Of a DNA stretch of 64,000 nucleotides, positions 25,166-39,100 are shown piece by piece. Position 1 is the stretch's first letter, and the number at the start of each line of letters is the position of its first letter. The translations under genes were made by a program, and so were the position numbers. The DNA lies in contig JAQFVV010000009.1 of NCBI GenBank assembly GCA_028023455.1, forward strand, positions 3,782,001 through 3,846,000. The letters are read 5' to 3'. Below the pieces are notes generated by a model. The model was not told the origin of the DNA. It searched no databases and saw only the letters and a list, made by a program, of their open reading frames with translations. The DNA comes from Epiperipatus broadwayi. Lineage: Eukaryota; Animalia; Onychophora.

Positions 25166-28100
25166 CTTTTTCACATGTATGTGGTCATGTCTATCAATTA
25201 TATAAGATGGATTGGACAGCTGTGGAAAGTTTGAAAGTCATAGTTCAAGACCCTTATAATTATATATAAATATAAATTTTAATTCTATATACATTGGTTA
25301 ACTTTTCTTATACAATTGTAATTGATATAAATGCTAGGAAGGCTGAGTAAGAAAAGCTTAAAATAAGTTTTATTGTATTATGCTGAGCAGCTTTTGAGAT
25401 CTTAATCTTAATATCATGTATGTAAATATGCTTTACAAAATACTAACATTCTTTCTTCAGTGTTTTTGGTTTTCTATTCAGCTTAATACAGTTTCATTGC
25501 TGTGCACCATAAATAAAGCTGGAAAGCATCTATGAAAACAACTACGATTATGGTATACATCACTGAAAATATATTAAATTATCAGAAAACCAAAAAAATT
25601 GAAGAAATAATAAGTAAACATTTCATAAACATATAAATTTATTACATATTATTAGAAAAGTTTTAAACAAATTCACATATTATTTATAATAACATATTTC
25701 TAATTGTTGTTTATTCTTTAAAAAAATCAATATATTTCTCAATAATATTAACAGTTCAAATATCTGTATTTACCAAAACTTAATTAGCAAATCAAAAATA
25801 CGTTTGAGGGTATTATTATTTAACATCATATTCTATTATATTATCAACAACAAATAAAAATATTGAAAACTTCCATAATTCTATGAGATATTTAATAAAA
25901 GATATTTCATAAATAATCATGACTATTTTCTAAATAGGTTACCACATTCAAAGACTATTTGAACAAAAATTCCTTCAACTAACCAAATGAATGTTTTTTG
26001 GTATTATTATTTTATTCAGATAAGAAATGATTTTTTCTTCTAAATCCACCATTTTAACCCTTGGTCTAATCCACACACCAATTAAGTAAATTAATATTAA
26101 ATATTTTGATCTAAAACTTGGTCTGATCAAAGTCTTAGCACCAAAATTTTATTCAATTTAATGAATTATGGAAAAATCTTTAATAAAACATTTTATTAGT
26201 ACTTAATGTTATTCAATTATTAGTCTAAAACTCAGATTTTCCAGAGTATTTAAAAAAATTAAATGAATTTAATATTATACAAAATTCAAAAATGAATAGT
26301 AAAAACAAGTTTTTTTAGTTACTGATCAAAGATATTAATAAAAAAAATATCATAACTCAAAAGATGATCTAACTATTTATATGAGAATTATTATTATTAT
26401 TTTTTAAATCTAATTTTAACATTATTATTTCACAGAATTTGCTGACTTATTTAGAATTGATTAGATAAAACATGAACAAGTGTCAGGCACTCAAAAATTC
26501 TACAATAAAGATAAGAAACTTCATTAAATGATAATAAGAGCCAAAAATTAATCATTTTTACATTCACTTTGCTTAGATTAATTTCAAATAAACATAATTG
26601 TAATTAACTTCTGACTATCTGCAAAAATTTCTCTGGACTCTGATGATCATTAAAAAATATATAAAAAAACAGTCAAGTAAATCACATTACACTTTCTTTT
26701 AATGAATCAACTGCAAATTATAATCACTCATGTTTAAACAATCCATAGGACAAACAATCACATTTGTATATATTCTTATTTAGATCTAGATCTCTAAAAA
26801 AAACTATATTTTTTTATATGTGTGTGTAACCTAATTAGTAACATTAATCTATCACTATGGAACTTTAAAATAATAATTATTATCATTAGTAAACTTTAAA
26901 AGGCATGCTTCAGAAATAAAAAAAATAGAAAGACACAAAAAATGATAGTTTTTGCAATGATTTCCAATCAATAACTTGCAAACACATCTAGATATCATTA
27001 TATGTTTGTTTAACATCTTAAGATTCTATTTTTTATAAAAGATCTAATTTTTCAAAATATTTCACTACCTTGCTTAATTGTAATTCTTCATTGTATTTTA
27101 TTTTTAATTAAATACATATTGTAAAATTAATCTACATTGAACTTTTTGAGATCTTTTCAATAAAAATCTTTGTAATGTAAACAGTCATCTTTCCTCCAAA
27201 ACTTATGCTCATATTTATCCCATGAATACTTTTTCAGATAATTAGTTACTATACATTTGCTTCACATGCCAAATTAATGAAGATTCTCTTCTACAGCAAT
27301 ATTCTTTATTACCTGATGCCTAGTAAATGAAAACCACACTGATTTAACTCATGACCTTGCCATCATATTTCCAGTAGATTAAGAAGCTTTTCCAGACAAA
27401 AATTTTCTAATATATTTATGTTAAATAACTTCTATACAATAAATTATATAGAACAATCATAAATACAACTGACTTAATTGGAGCAAGAACAGTGTATAAT
27501 GAAACAGTCACATCCTCTAACTAGTTAAATGCAGAAGCAGCACATTGTAGTCCATTTTATACCTGAATAGCCTCTCAATACAAAAATCCATCAAATTGAT
27601 TTACATTTCTATGCTGACAATCATCTGAGCAAAGAGTTTCTGAAAAGCATATCAGTTACCAAAACAATGCTTCTACAGGCTCATTTCAAATACCAAAAAT
27701 ATTCTGTAGATCATATTTATTAATAAAAATAGCATAATCATCAGCAGTTTTTGCTTTTACTTTTGTTTCAAATAAAAAAACTCTCAGTCAAACCTATATT
27801 GCATCTTGATGACTGTTTTATGAAGCTACTTATAAATAAATATTAAAAGTAAAAGCAGGAGATAGAATTTATATCTGCTTAATATATTTTTTACCATCAG
27901 AAATAATCATCTCTTGTTGGAATTACATAACGAGAATAAACTTAAATGGATAACTAATCAATCTCAAACACTGTTACAAAACTCCTCAACCAAATAGAAT
28001 TTATAAAAGCATTACACAAAGCATGATTTTGTTCATGATATCTTTTCAACACCTATTTTATTTAAAAAAATCACATCTATAGTCCTCTTAATACTCAAAA

Positions 28101-29584
28101 ACTGTGCTTGCCTCTGGAAGTCACTTATGCATAATGGAAAGGAACCCATTCAACAAAATTCCTTAGATACTTTTGATGCCATCAATAGATATGCATATTT
28201 AACAGGCATTCCTCCAGGACCTGTAATGTTTAATTTTTATGATTACAAAGGTTTACTTTGATTTCATTAAAAAATATATTTTTATGAAAATAAGTAGATA
28301 GGATAAATCTATACTAAAAGCAGTCAGCTAAATTTTGGTATCTTTACTTATAATGTACTCAAAAGTATTTTATTTGGTTGAAATACAATTACTATCAAAT
28401 AAAAAGTATGAATTACAATAATTTAATAGAATTTTGAAATTGTTTTTCTAAATCCATATGTTATATTCAGTGTGTTAAAAAGAAATAAATTGGTTATCAT
28501 CAGCAAGTATATTTCTGTTGCTATTTCAATCCATCACTCCTTTCTAAGTCTTGCTAATATTCATAACACATTTTTAAATAGAATTTCAAGCATTAGTATG
28601 AAACAAGTTTAAAAATATATCAATATATTTAGAAAAAAAAAAAATTTAATGCAACTAGCTTTTTATTTTTGAAGCATACTAATCTACATATTAATAATTT
28701 GTACTAATCTATATTTGTGTAATAATTTCTGTCTATAAATGCTTGTCTGATATCTCTAAGAATAAAAATGTATTCTTTCAATGAAGTAATGTAACAATTA
28801 TTGTACAAGACAAACTTTTTTCCTTGAACTTTATAAATCTAATGTTAAATCAAAAGTTATTATAAACTGGGCAAATGTACCATTAAAACAAATGTTTAAT
28901 ATCATTCATATATTTAGAAAGTCCAAAAATAAACTAAGTTAATCCTTAATCCAACATCAAATAATCTCCTTTCATTGTCTATTGATCTTTTAAAAACTAT
29001 TTTCTGGTTGAAATCTAACAACTCAGCTTCAAATACTTCTTTACATTCACATTTATTAGTGCTAAATGCTTCCCTTTAACACTCACCATCACCATTGCTA
29101 TTATAATTATTTGTATCACTTTAACAAGCAATTCACTAAGCACCACAACTTACTTAAATTTTATGAATCAGGGTTTTTTTAGATCAGTTTTTTTAGGTTT
29201 TACAGGAATCTCTAAATAGAGCATCTCAAACATATAATCCTTTTCTGGGCAATTCAGTTTCAAATTTACTCATTATTTTAATATTGCCTTGTACAATACT
29301 GCACACACCCACACACACACAAACAGTAAAAATTAACAACCCTCAATTTCTACACATATAGTTAAAGTGTGTTCCTAAAGGTTTGAGATTTATATATTGG
29401 ACTATTTTTATCATCTAATATTAAGTATTGAATGTCTTTAGAAAAATTTAACTTTATTTAAATTTTCAATTACATTCAACTGTTAGTAGTAGGATACAGA
29501 TTAATATATTGATAATGTTTTGATCGGTATTATTTTCCTCTCTTCTTCAAGTATTTCTGATCTGACCAATGACAGTACTAACAC

Positions 29585-29731
29585 GGGATTTGCACTTGGA
29601 CTTTTAGATTGTTGAAATTGAATTTTAAGGTAATACTCTAGTCAACCAAGCCTTTGGCAGGATGACTTATTTGGTTAGAGTGTTACCTTAAATTCAAAAT
29701 TCAAAAATCTATGAGTCCAAGTATGATTCCC
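29585..29731. repeat. Imperfect fold-back with arms of ~57 bp
   Basis: CTTGGACTTTTAGATT...TTAAGGTAATACTCTA versus TAGAGTGTTACCTTAA...AATCTATGAGTCCAAG. The left arm also resembles 50960-51010. Confidence 0.8.
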
Positions 29732-30697
29732 ATGGTCAGTCCAGCAACACTTGAAAAGAAGAGGAGAATAATACCACTTATAATGTTGTGCATATACTAA
29801 CCTGTGTGTTATTATTAATAGTTGAATGTAATAGAAAATTTAAATCAAATTAAATTTTTCTAAAGACATTCATTACTTAATATTAGAAGATAGAAATAGG
29901 CCAATATATAAATACAACATATAATTAAAGAATAGAAATATAGCTGTAAAAACACATAGTTTTGTTCTCACAATTAGCACAAAAAAAATAATTTATAACT
30001 GAGAACACAAGAAACTCATGACAAAGAAGTTCTCTATTTACTCAGATGACTGAAGAATAAGTAAGATATTATATTGGATTCATTACAGAGCCTTAATTGA
30101 AGTGACTTCTTGTGCTACAAGACAGCTTAAGACATTTCTGCTAATTATTGCTTAATGCTTATCAGACAACCCTTATATCTGAAAATTGCTTGACTAATAT
30201 GCCACCTGAGATCCTCATGGGTAGATCGAATTTAGCATGTACTACTAATGATAGTGATTATTTGAAAGTTCTATAGTATTAGATTTGTGTTAACCAATAT
30301 AGCTACTTTTTAAATAGGATAAGCATAGTGATTAAATAAAAGAACATAGAAATTTAATTCATTTGTAAATTTAGATAGATATTTTATTAGAGATCTAGTT
30401 CTTCATGATTATATATACATATTACTAGTTGCTTAACTAATACAAAATTGTATTTACTTTATTCTTGCTGATGTCATTTCTTAACATGAATGATTTCAAC
30501 TTAAAGATGAACCAACTTTTAAAATATGTAAATATTGCTAACATGAGCAGTCCTTAATTTATTGACAAAATTTTAATAATATATAAAAAGTTCAAATGAA
30601 ACTAGCTTAATTGCTGTATCTGAAAGAAAAAAACAATTGTGTATAACCTTAAAGAAAATATACATTTTATGGTTAATTATTAAACTAGTAAAGCATT

Positions 30698-30950
30698 CCA
30701 TAATCACCATTTCTTATGCTTACACAAACTATTAAAACAGTGATAATTCTCTCCATACAGTAGTGTTACCCAGATCTAAGTGCAGTGCTTTCAGATCCAA
30801 TGCTCCTCCGTGATGAAGGCCACTAGCTAGAGGTTCATCTGGGGATATTGGAATGACTAGGCACTAGATAGGGATTTTGATGCACAAACCTACCAGCATC
30901 CATTGATTATTATGGCTTGCACCTGGTTGCACTATTGTATGGAGAGAGTT
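30698..30950 (+). mobile_element. Family-2 element with a short inverted 3' copy at its 5' end (30698-30765) and a decayed hammerhead (~30796-30852)
   Basis: CTCTCCATACAGTAGTG pairs with CACTATTGTATGGAGAG. The core reads CTCCG-TGATGA-AGGCCACTAGCTA-GAGG...TC-TGGGG-ATA-TTGGA. Confidence 0.8.
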
Positions 30951-32713
30951 GTTATTGGCTAATTATTCTCATTTGAAAAGTTGCATGATTGAACTCACCA
31001 AGAGAAGATTTTGATTAAAGTGATGATAACAAAAATAAATAAACTAATGTGATCGTGTTTATATGATACAATCGGCATGAAGCTGCATCTATAATTTACC
31101 AGGAATTGTCAAAAGATTCATTCTTTTATGACTCTTTAATAATTATACTGTGTAATAGACTCCCATATCCAGTATATTTGGTATCAATCTTTCCATTAAT
31201 TTCTGAAACCATGAACAATAAGTATAATATGTACACACACACACACACACATTCATAATGATGCAATTCATTTTTTTAAAAAATACACATTAATACATCA
31301 ATAAAGTCATGACAAGAATAATAAAGAGAGAACATTTACATATTTGAGTGAGCACACATTGAGTGCGCAAAAAAAAAAAAGAAATATGGCAGCAATGATT
31401 CATGGTGAATATGTGGCTGATCACTAAAACATGATTTCAAATTTATATTTTTTTCAAACGGTATGTGATGAGTCCGAGAGCGTTGAGGGACTATCGTATC
31501 TACAGTATTTTATAGCAGATACATAATACAACTAAGTTTTTATAATGTACTTATTTAATTTTTGTTTTTTTCAAAGAAATGCAGACAAATTATCAACCAC
31601 TTATTAGAAGTTTGTATATTCGAAAATGAAGAAATTGTAAAACAGCTATTAGCTCTTTCCCAATCCTTAATAAAAATAGTTTTAAGAAAAAGATAAAATT
31701 ACAGTTGAGTTAAACATTATTTATATTTCATGTTAAAAAAAAAAAAAGGCCATAAAACTCATTTCTAAAACTGTCTTTTCAAATTTCAGAAACTAAAAGA
31801 AAAATAATTGCTTTAAAAACTAAAAAGCATAATAAAAAAGGACTCATTTATTTTAAGATACACAAAGTAAAATACTAGTCTAACTAACTGCCTTTGTTAG
31901 TCGCAGTTAAAATTAGTTCGCAGTTAAAATAATTATTTAGGAATGTTGATATAATCGGCAATCAATTCATCATTGTAGACTGTTTGACTCATTCCGAATT
32001 CACTGACAAAACTTTTTTATCCAGGGCATTTATGAAGATTTTTTATTGCCAAAACAAAACAAAATTATTTGTGTACACAATTTTATTTATTAGAGTGTAA
32101 ATCTTTTTAGCAGATATGTGAAATATAATCTCTAAAATATCACTTTAAAACATACTTATTATACAAGTCAGAGCAGTATTTCTGAATATGTGAACTTCAG
32201 CTCTATAAGTAATGGTCGTCAGTAAATTAAAATTTCGCACTCTTGCATCATAATCGTATAATAAATTTTAATTAAAAAAAAATGAATTTTTTAAAAGAAT
32301 ACCAACTTATTTTTATGTATGGGGCGATATTTGATTTATTTAAACTTTTGTCTATGATATTGTAAAACTACTGTTTTTATAACTTACAAAAAAACATGAG
32401 GCACTTGCTTATATGTCTGAATGCAAATATCTGCATAGATTAAAAAATAAGAATGCTCATTAAAGTTGATCTCCAGTTACAAAATTGAAATGCTCAAGTA
32501 AATTATGTTAAGACGATAGCAAACATTAACTGTTACCTAGAGCTGAGAATTTAACATACATAGGTACAATAAATAGAAACAATGCATAACACTAGCTGAA
32601 ATCTATGTAAAATAACTGGAACACCTCATACACTTCATCTTTAAATAAAGTATAGCCTTTTTAATGGGCTACAAAATCATGCTATTTTTTATTTAAAGGG
32701 GGGGGGGAGTAGT

Positions 32714-32995
32714 TGAAACATATTGTTATAGGGCATTTCAAGTATATTTACAATAATATATAATAATAGATGCTATATAGGTTGATAGGTGCAACTATAT
32801 TTATATGCATGCACACAACACAATAATATAAAGCTATGATTATGACAATCAGGGAATGTGACTGAAACATATAGTTATGGGGCATCTCAAGTATATGTAC
32901 AATAATATATAATAATGGATGCTTTTTAGATTGATAGATGCACATATATTTGTATGCATGCACATAACACAATAATACAAAGCTATGATTATGAT
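32714..32995. repeat. Tandem duplication, two units of 149 bp
   Basis: TGAAACATAT at 32714 and 32863; the units align along their length. Confidence 0.92.
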
Positions 32996-35728
32996 ATCTG
33001 ATAAACTGCCAAAAATAATGAGATAACACTATTTATTCATGTATATACAACACAAACATACACTGGCATGACTTTAATTAATTAATTTATACATTAACCT
33101 CTTGTAAATAAACTTTTCTAGTTTTATTATTTTTAATTTAACTTATGCATAGATAGAGTAATCAGTGATATAAAGGTTTGAAACAAATGAATGATAGTCA
33201 CTAATTTAGAATATTATTCACCTTAATTATTTAAATGGATTCAAATGTATTACATAGACACCTAACTACCCTCTACTGTTGTCATTGCTGTTCTAGTGCT
33301 AACTGATTACAAGCTTATAAATTATCTTACTAATTGACAGTTGTGATCATTTACAAGTTATGATATTAGTACATAGTAAATATTAAAATATAATTGTAAA
33401 ACAAAGGGATTCATTTCTGTTTATCCAATAGTTAAATAAGAACAAATACATTTGATAATAATATGCCTATAGCAGGAATTAACCCCCTACCATGTGTATA
33501 GTATATACTGACTGCCAGTCTCATATGTATTACTATGACATGTATGAAAGAAAAATGATGGCATATGGTAGGACTTGATCATTTACCATACATCACTGTT
33601 TAAATAAGATGATTTATAGGATCAGCAATCACAAATGATGTTATAATCATCTCATACTAATGCATTACTTAAAAATGAGAATCAGATGTAACTCATAACC
33701 CGAATTGACAGATAATAGCTGTACATTGTTATCAATAATAATAATTCAAATACAGGACTAGATAACTAAAATTTACATCTACTTAATAGAACCCTAATCG
33801 AGTTTGGCTATGCAGCAGTCTTGCCTCCCATTCATAACTATTTTACTGATTTAACATACTATTTTGAACTAAATAAAGTGGAAATAAGCTAATCAACTTA
33901 TAGAATAATTTTTTATATATTTATCACCAACTAGATTGTGGTATAAAAATAGAACAAACTACCATATCTTACCATATAACATAAACAGATTAATTACATA
34001 ACTAACCATTAACATATTTCATCAAAATGGAAACAATAATTAACTAAATATGAGTTTAAAGAGTTTATATTTATTTTTTCAAAAGTTCAGGTTGTCTTTA
34101 CGAATTGGTGGAGTTGATTTTTAAAACCATAGCTATAATGGATGATGGTTTAAATCACTATTTCACATTCATTTTGGATGTGCAGACATCAGTTAAGTCT
34201 TGGTTTGGTGGCTGGTTTTTTCTATAGCAGTGGACATCTTCTAAGATAGATACATAGTAAACACATATTTGGATGGTTTCTTCTGTTGTTGATGGTTTCT
34301 TTAACATGACTCAGCAATAGGTTTTTGGCCTTTTCTCTGCTAACTTGACAGAGTGAAGCAGGTAATGGATTTTCTACTTTTGCATGGTAAACTTCCTGGA
34401 ACTAGCAGATAAAAATTAATTGCAGCAGAATAGTAATCACTGGCAGGATCAAGATAGAATAATAATAATAATGAATGCAGAATAAAAACCAACATCCTTT
34501 TTAGCACTATTTATATGGTTTGGAGCTCAGTAAAATTCTGATCGATCTCTTGTCATTTGGATCCTTTGATCTATTGGCTACAGATAAGTCCATTAATTTT
34601 GCTGAGGTTCAAGTTTAGTTGTCCAATTCCCATATTTCCAAGCTCTTATTTTTAAAAGAAATATCAGTTTTTTTAATTAAATTATTATAATTATTTATCT
34701 CCTTAAATTTTAATTTAGTAATTTGTTTTCAAGCATTTTAATTACTTCTTCTAAAATGTCATTTCCACCTTTTAACATATTTTTTCTTTTAAATTACTTT
34801 TAAGTTAAATTTAGCATCAATTATCTTTTTACATTTTAGAAACATATTTTGTATTCAACACAAAATAACTTTATAATTAAATATACATATACATTTGTAT
34901 GATCATTTATAATGCATATATTTAATCTTCATTTCTAAAAAATTATTAAAACTTCTACTTTTAACTTCTGTTCATACTTTTTCACATATGAACTTAAAGT
35001 GTATATACGTGCACATATATATAGCTTCAGTATATAATTATATATGTATAAGAAATCAGGAGTTAACTTTTTTGTTTAAAATTGTTGCAGTTTTTTCTGT
35101 TTATAAACAACTTTCTTATCACTTAAATGAAACCTGCATCATAACAAATAAAATCAATAATGAGCATTATTTAAAACCTTAAACCCACTCTTTCTATTTA
35201 AGAAACTAAGTGACTATTTTAAAAAAATTAATTTGTCCAATCACTTTTATAGACATTTTAAACAAATGTACAAAACTTCAAAAAGTTATATTGAACTTCA
35301 CTTTATTAAATATCAATTTCAAAATGTTAAAAAATGTTATTAAACTTAAAGAAAAAAATATTTATACTGCCTTCTCTGACTTACTTAAAACAAATAAAAA
35401 TTCTAAGAATAATTTTTAGTTGTGATACATGAAATAATTAAATATTTTTAATATTTTCTGACCCTGTGTTCCATATCTAAGAAACTAGGTGACCTACTGA
35501 AAAGATGTGTTCCAAATGGATTAGGCTGATATTACCTAGTTATATACCAGATTCCAAATAATTCTATTGAATTTAAATATATTAAATCACAATTTTAATA
35601 TTTCATTTTAACTTGAAAAAGATCAAAACTTTATAAACAAAATGATTTTTTAACTTCAATAAAAGCATTTAAAAATTAAAAATATGCAAAAGATGTTGTA
35701 TTTGCTTTACAAGAATATTAGCTAAATA

Positions 35729-35866
35729 ATGTTAATAGTCTAACCAGTAACTAACCTGTATTCAATGCACTTTAAAATTCACAATAATCAAGCAAAATAT
35801 GCTTGATTATTGCAAATTTTAAAGCGCATTGAATACAGGTAAGTGCCTGTTTAGACTATTTACATA
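35729..35866. repeat. Near-perfect palindrome or hairpin, arms ~65 bp with a 5-nt loop
   Basis: ACCTGTATTCAATGCACTTTAAAATTCACAATAATCAAGCA-AAATA-TGCTTGATTATTGCAAATTTTAAAGCGCATTGAATACAGGT, extending to AGTCTAA/TTAGACT. Confidence 0.9.
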
Positions 35867-36578
35867 AGCTCTCTGTGCACTCTATAAATTAATTATTACT
35901 CTTAAATAATGTTAAAAAGTGCTTTCAAAAATATTTCAGTTTGTTTTAAAATACATAATATTAATATGATAAAAAAATACATTTAGAAGAATGTCTTGCA
36001 TTAATGTAATTCTATATAAAATGGTTCAACTCTGACTGCAGGTTCAATTATGATTGTCTATTTTTTTTCTAGCTGATGCAACAGTTATAGAAAATTGTCA
36101 TTATAATTTACAATTTTCATTTATATTCAAAATAAATTTCTGGCACATAATTGCAAATGTTTGTTTCTAGATATCATATGCAGAAGTGAATTTTACATAG
36201 TTTAATAATAAGTTTAACTTTTTTTTAAAATATGTTATGAATATTAAACTTTATGAGCTTTTTCTTAGTTTTGGTATTAAAAACTGCTTTCATATTTTTA
36301 TCTTTTCAAATAATTTTATTTTGTGTTTGAAAATAAAAGTATTCCTTAAAAGTATTTGTTAGTCTACAGTGTATGTGTAGTGGATAATCCCTAATGATAG
36401 TTACAAATTAAAATGCAACACCTGATGTACCATAAATTGTAAAAATTTTGCAGACATTAATAATTAAAAACTTATCAAATGGAATTAAAAGTGATTAATT
36501 AATATCTTCATGGTCTCATTTCCAAATGCTTAAGATTTGCCTACACATATACATTTAGGTTAAAAGATTGAGTGATTC

Positions 36579-36692
36579 GATTTAGTCTTGCATTGGTGGT
36601 CGAGAGATCAGCGCGACTGCCTTGCACTTGCAGGCAGTTGCCCGGGTTGCGGGTTTGCGTCCCGGCCGATGCTATGACACTTTAAAAAAAAA
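36579..36692 (+). mobile_element. tRNA-Gly-derived short SINE
   Basis: GCATTGGTGGT...CCCGGCCGATGC mirrors the tRNA-Gly ends (GCATTGGTGGTTCAGTGG...CCCGGCCAATGC). It has a poly-A tail and near-identical flanks AAAAGATTGAGTGATTC and AAAAGATAGAGTGATTC. Confidence 0.85.
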
Positions 36693-38602
36693 AAAAGATA
36701 GAGTGATTCATTCTATCTTTTCAAGAGACTTTATCTTGTGTTTGGAAAGGAGAGTAGTCATTTAAAATGTTTATTAGTTTACAGTGCAAGTGTAATGGGT
36801 GATCGCTAATGATTGTTACAGATTAAAACATAGTGCTATATAAATAAATAGCTCATAATATGTTTCTTTATGTTGAAAATGAACTTAACACAACTTATGA
36901 ATAAACATACTTTAATTCTTTAACTTTTCAATTCTTTCATTAAAAATAATAAAATGATTTGTTACTCAAGGGCTCAAGTGAAGTTGCAGTATCAAAAATG
37001 ATAGATTTGCAATATGATCCAAGGACCTTGTTAACTAAAATCTAATCCTCTACTACTGCACAAGATAACCTTTAGTTGATATATATGCTATAAAAATTAT
37101 AGTTTTTATACATGTTTTTATTATGACATGTTAACTGATTTATAAATGCATGGAAAGTAAAAGAGTATGAATTCATTCAGGTCATCAAAAAGTCTATCTG
37201 TATTAAAAGTCAACAACCTTATTATTTAATATTTTAAATACATATTTAATATGCATATATATGCATATTGAGATGGATAGTAATCTATAATATATTTTTA
37301 AAATATTATAGTTGGAAGTTGTGAATCAAATTCAAGTTTCATAGATTAAGTTTTTTTAATATTATATATGAACACACATTAATAATCTACATTCAAGATT
37401 AAAATAAGTCAACTTTAGTTTTTTTTTAAAAAATAAAGAAATTTTTATTTTAATTAAGTTTATTTCAAATAAATCTTTTAAAATTTATGCTATAGGAATA
37501 AAGCTTAATTAAATACTAAAATTTTGCTTAATTAGCTTATATTATTATTACTAATTAAAATTATTGGAAAACAAAGTTATTTTTAAGCTTTGTTTCAGAT
37601 TTTAAAAATATTATAAATTTCAATTAAATATATTTTAAGGATTAAGATGTCTAAGTATCATCTATAAACACTTGGGCTTGTTTAATTAAAGAATTTTGTA
37701 AATATGTGGGCTTACTAATTAAAGAAAAAAAGGTGTTTTGCAAAGTTGATAATATAAAAAGACTAGCTCAGAAAATATTTCTTTTGGTTTTTCTATTGGC
37801 CTACCACTATGATGTTCATGGCACTTCTACCTGCAATTGAATTAATAAATATGCTTTGCCAATCATCACAAATAAACTTCACTTCTCCAGTATTATTAGA
37901 ATGTCCAATTCTGCTTGCTGAGTTTGATCCAACACTGTGCCAACTATCTTCACATCTAAGTTAAACACTTGCACTTCTCAACAGTAAATAAAAAATTTCA
38001 TGCCAACTTCTATACATTAAAGATTTTATACCAATTCTAGCTGGAAACATAACCTGATAGATTTAAAACCTGTGAATAAAAAAATCTTGCTAGAAAACCA
38101 TCAAAGAGCTCTCTTTTCACAAACATATGCATGTAAATCTAATTTCACTTTTTGAGAAAAATATTTACTTGGCCATACTTTGGGACTTAAAGATAATCTA
38201 TTGATTTATTTTATGAACTATTTGAGAAACTTTTATAATTTAATTTAGATGATTTTATGTATTTATTTTTTATATTAACTTATTTTTAGTACTAAGGCAT
38301 TATAAAACTTACTTTTGTCAGTGTTATATTTGATATCATGATATGCTTTGAATATATTTTAAATATTTCTATTTTAAAGGTACAAGATATGATTACTTTT
38401 ATAAATTTAGTTGGGTAAAATAGTTATATTTTTAAATATTTGAGAGATAAAAGAAATCAGTTTTGTTTCTTTAATTTTTTTTCTTTCCATCTAGAGTTTT
38501 AAAATCATATTTGTGATTGTTAATAATCAAAATGTACTTTTAAAATAATTGACATTTAGTTTTGGATCAATCTTTCTGCTAAAGAACAAGTTTTAAAAAA
38601 AG

Positions 38603-39100
38603 GAAAACTGGTCTGAGGATGAGGATAATTTCTAGATAGAGATTGTGGCTTTTATTGATTAAGCTTATTAGAGTTATTAGCATACTTTTTATTTTAATTT
38701 ATTATTACAAGATTTTATTTTATTTACTATTATAGTTTTGCTTTTAAGTTTTAAATGATGTTATATTGCTAAGGCTATTAATATATGGCATGGATGAAGA
38801 TTTCTCAGCCCCATAAAGCTATTTAAATTGGATAATTGGATTTAAAGACATATAAGTGTCTGAAAATTTCAGATTTTCTACTTAAAAGTTAACTATCAGA
38901 TAAGTGCTGGCTTTGAGTTGGTATTTTGGATCTAGTATCTGGAATATCCTGGTACCTTACTAAGGAAAGCAATAGCTTGAAACCAGTCTGAGAATGGAGA
39001 TAATTTCTAGATATAGATTTTAAATGCTTTCTCTTGTGGCATTTATCAATAAAGCTTGTTAGAGCTATTAGTACACCTTTATTTTAATTTATTATTACAA
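38603..39100. repeat. Diverged direct repeat pair (38603-38710 and 38979-39100)
   Basis: Both contain GTCTGAG..GATAATTTCTAGATA..GATT, TTAGAG.TATTAG and TTTATTTTAATTTATTATTACAA. Confidence 0.8.

Larger units (their letters stand above)
24360..25265. mobile_element. Compound family-1 locus: one inverted arm (~24360-24600) followed by two sense 3' segments (~24625-24842 and ~24870-25265)
   Basis: Hammerheads D (minus, ~24504-24560), E (plus, CTGATGA at 24653) and F (plus, CTGATGA at 25117). 24870-24990 matches the spacer of 4985-5690. Confidence 0.85.

Noticed and set aside
27200-28230. Helitron helicase-like words GPGG (~28215) and FGGK (~27215) on the minus strand
   Set aside because: The spacing is about four times too long and intervening motifs are missing.
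36590-36672. Functional tRNA-Gly gene
   Set aside because: The anticodon and T arms are remodelled, and the A tail and TSD indicate a SINE.
37824-37952. Possible minus-strand exon (AG...GT, one open frame)
   Set aside because: No recognisable protein and no partner exons; such frames occur by chance.
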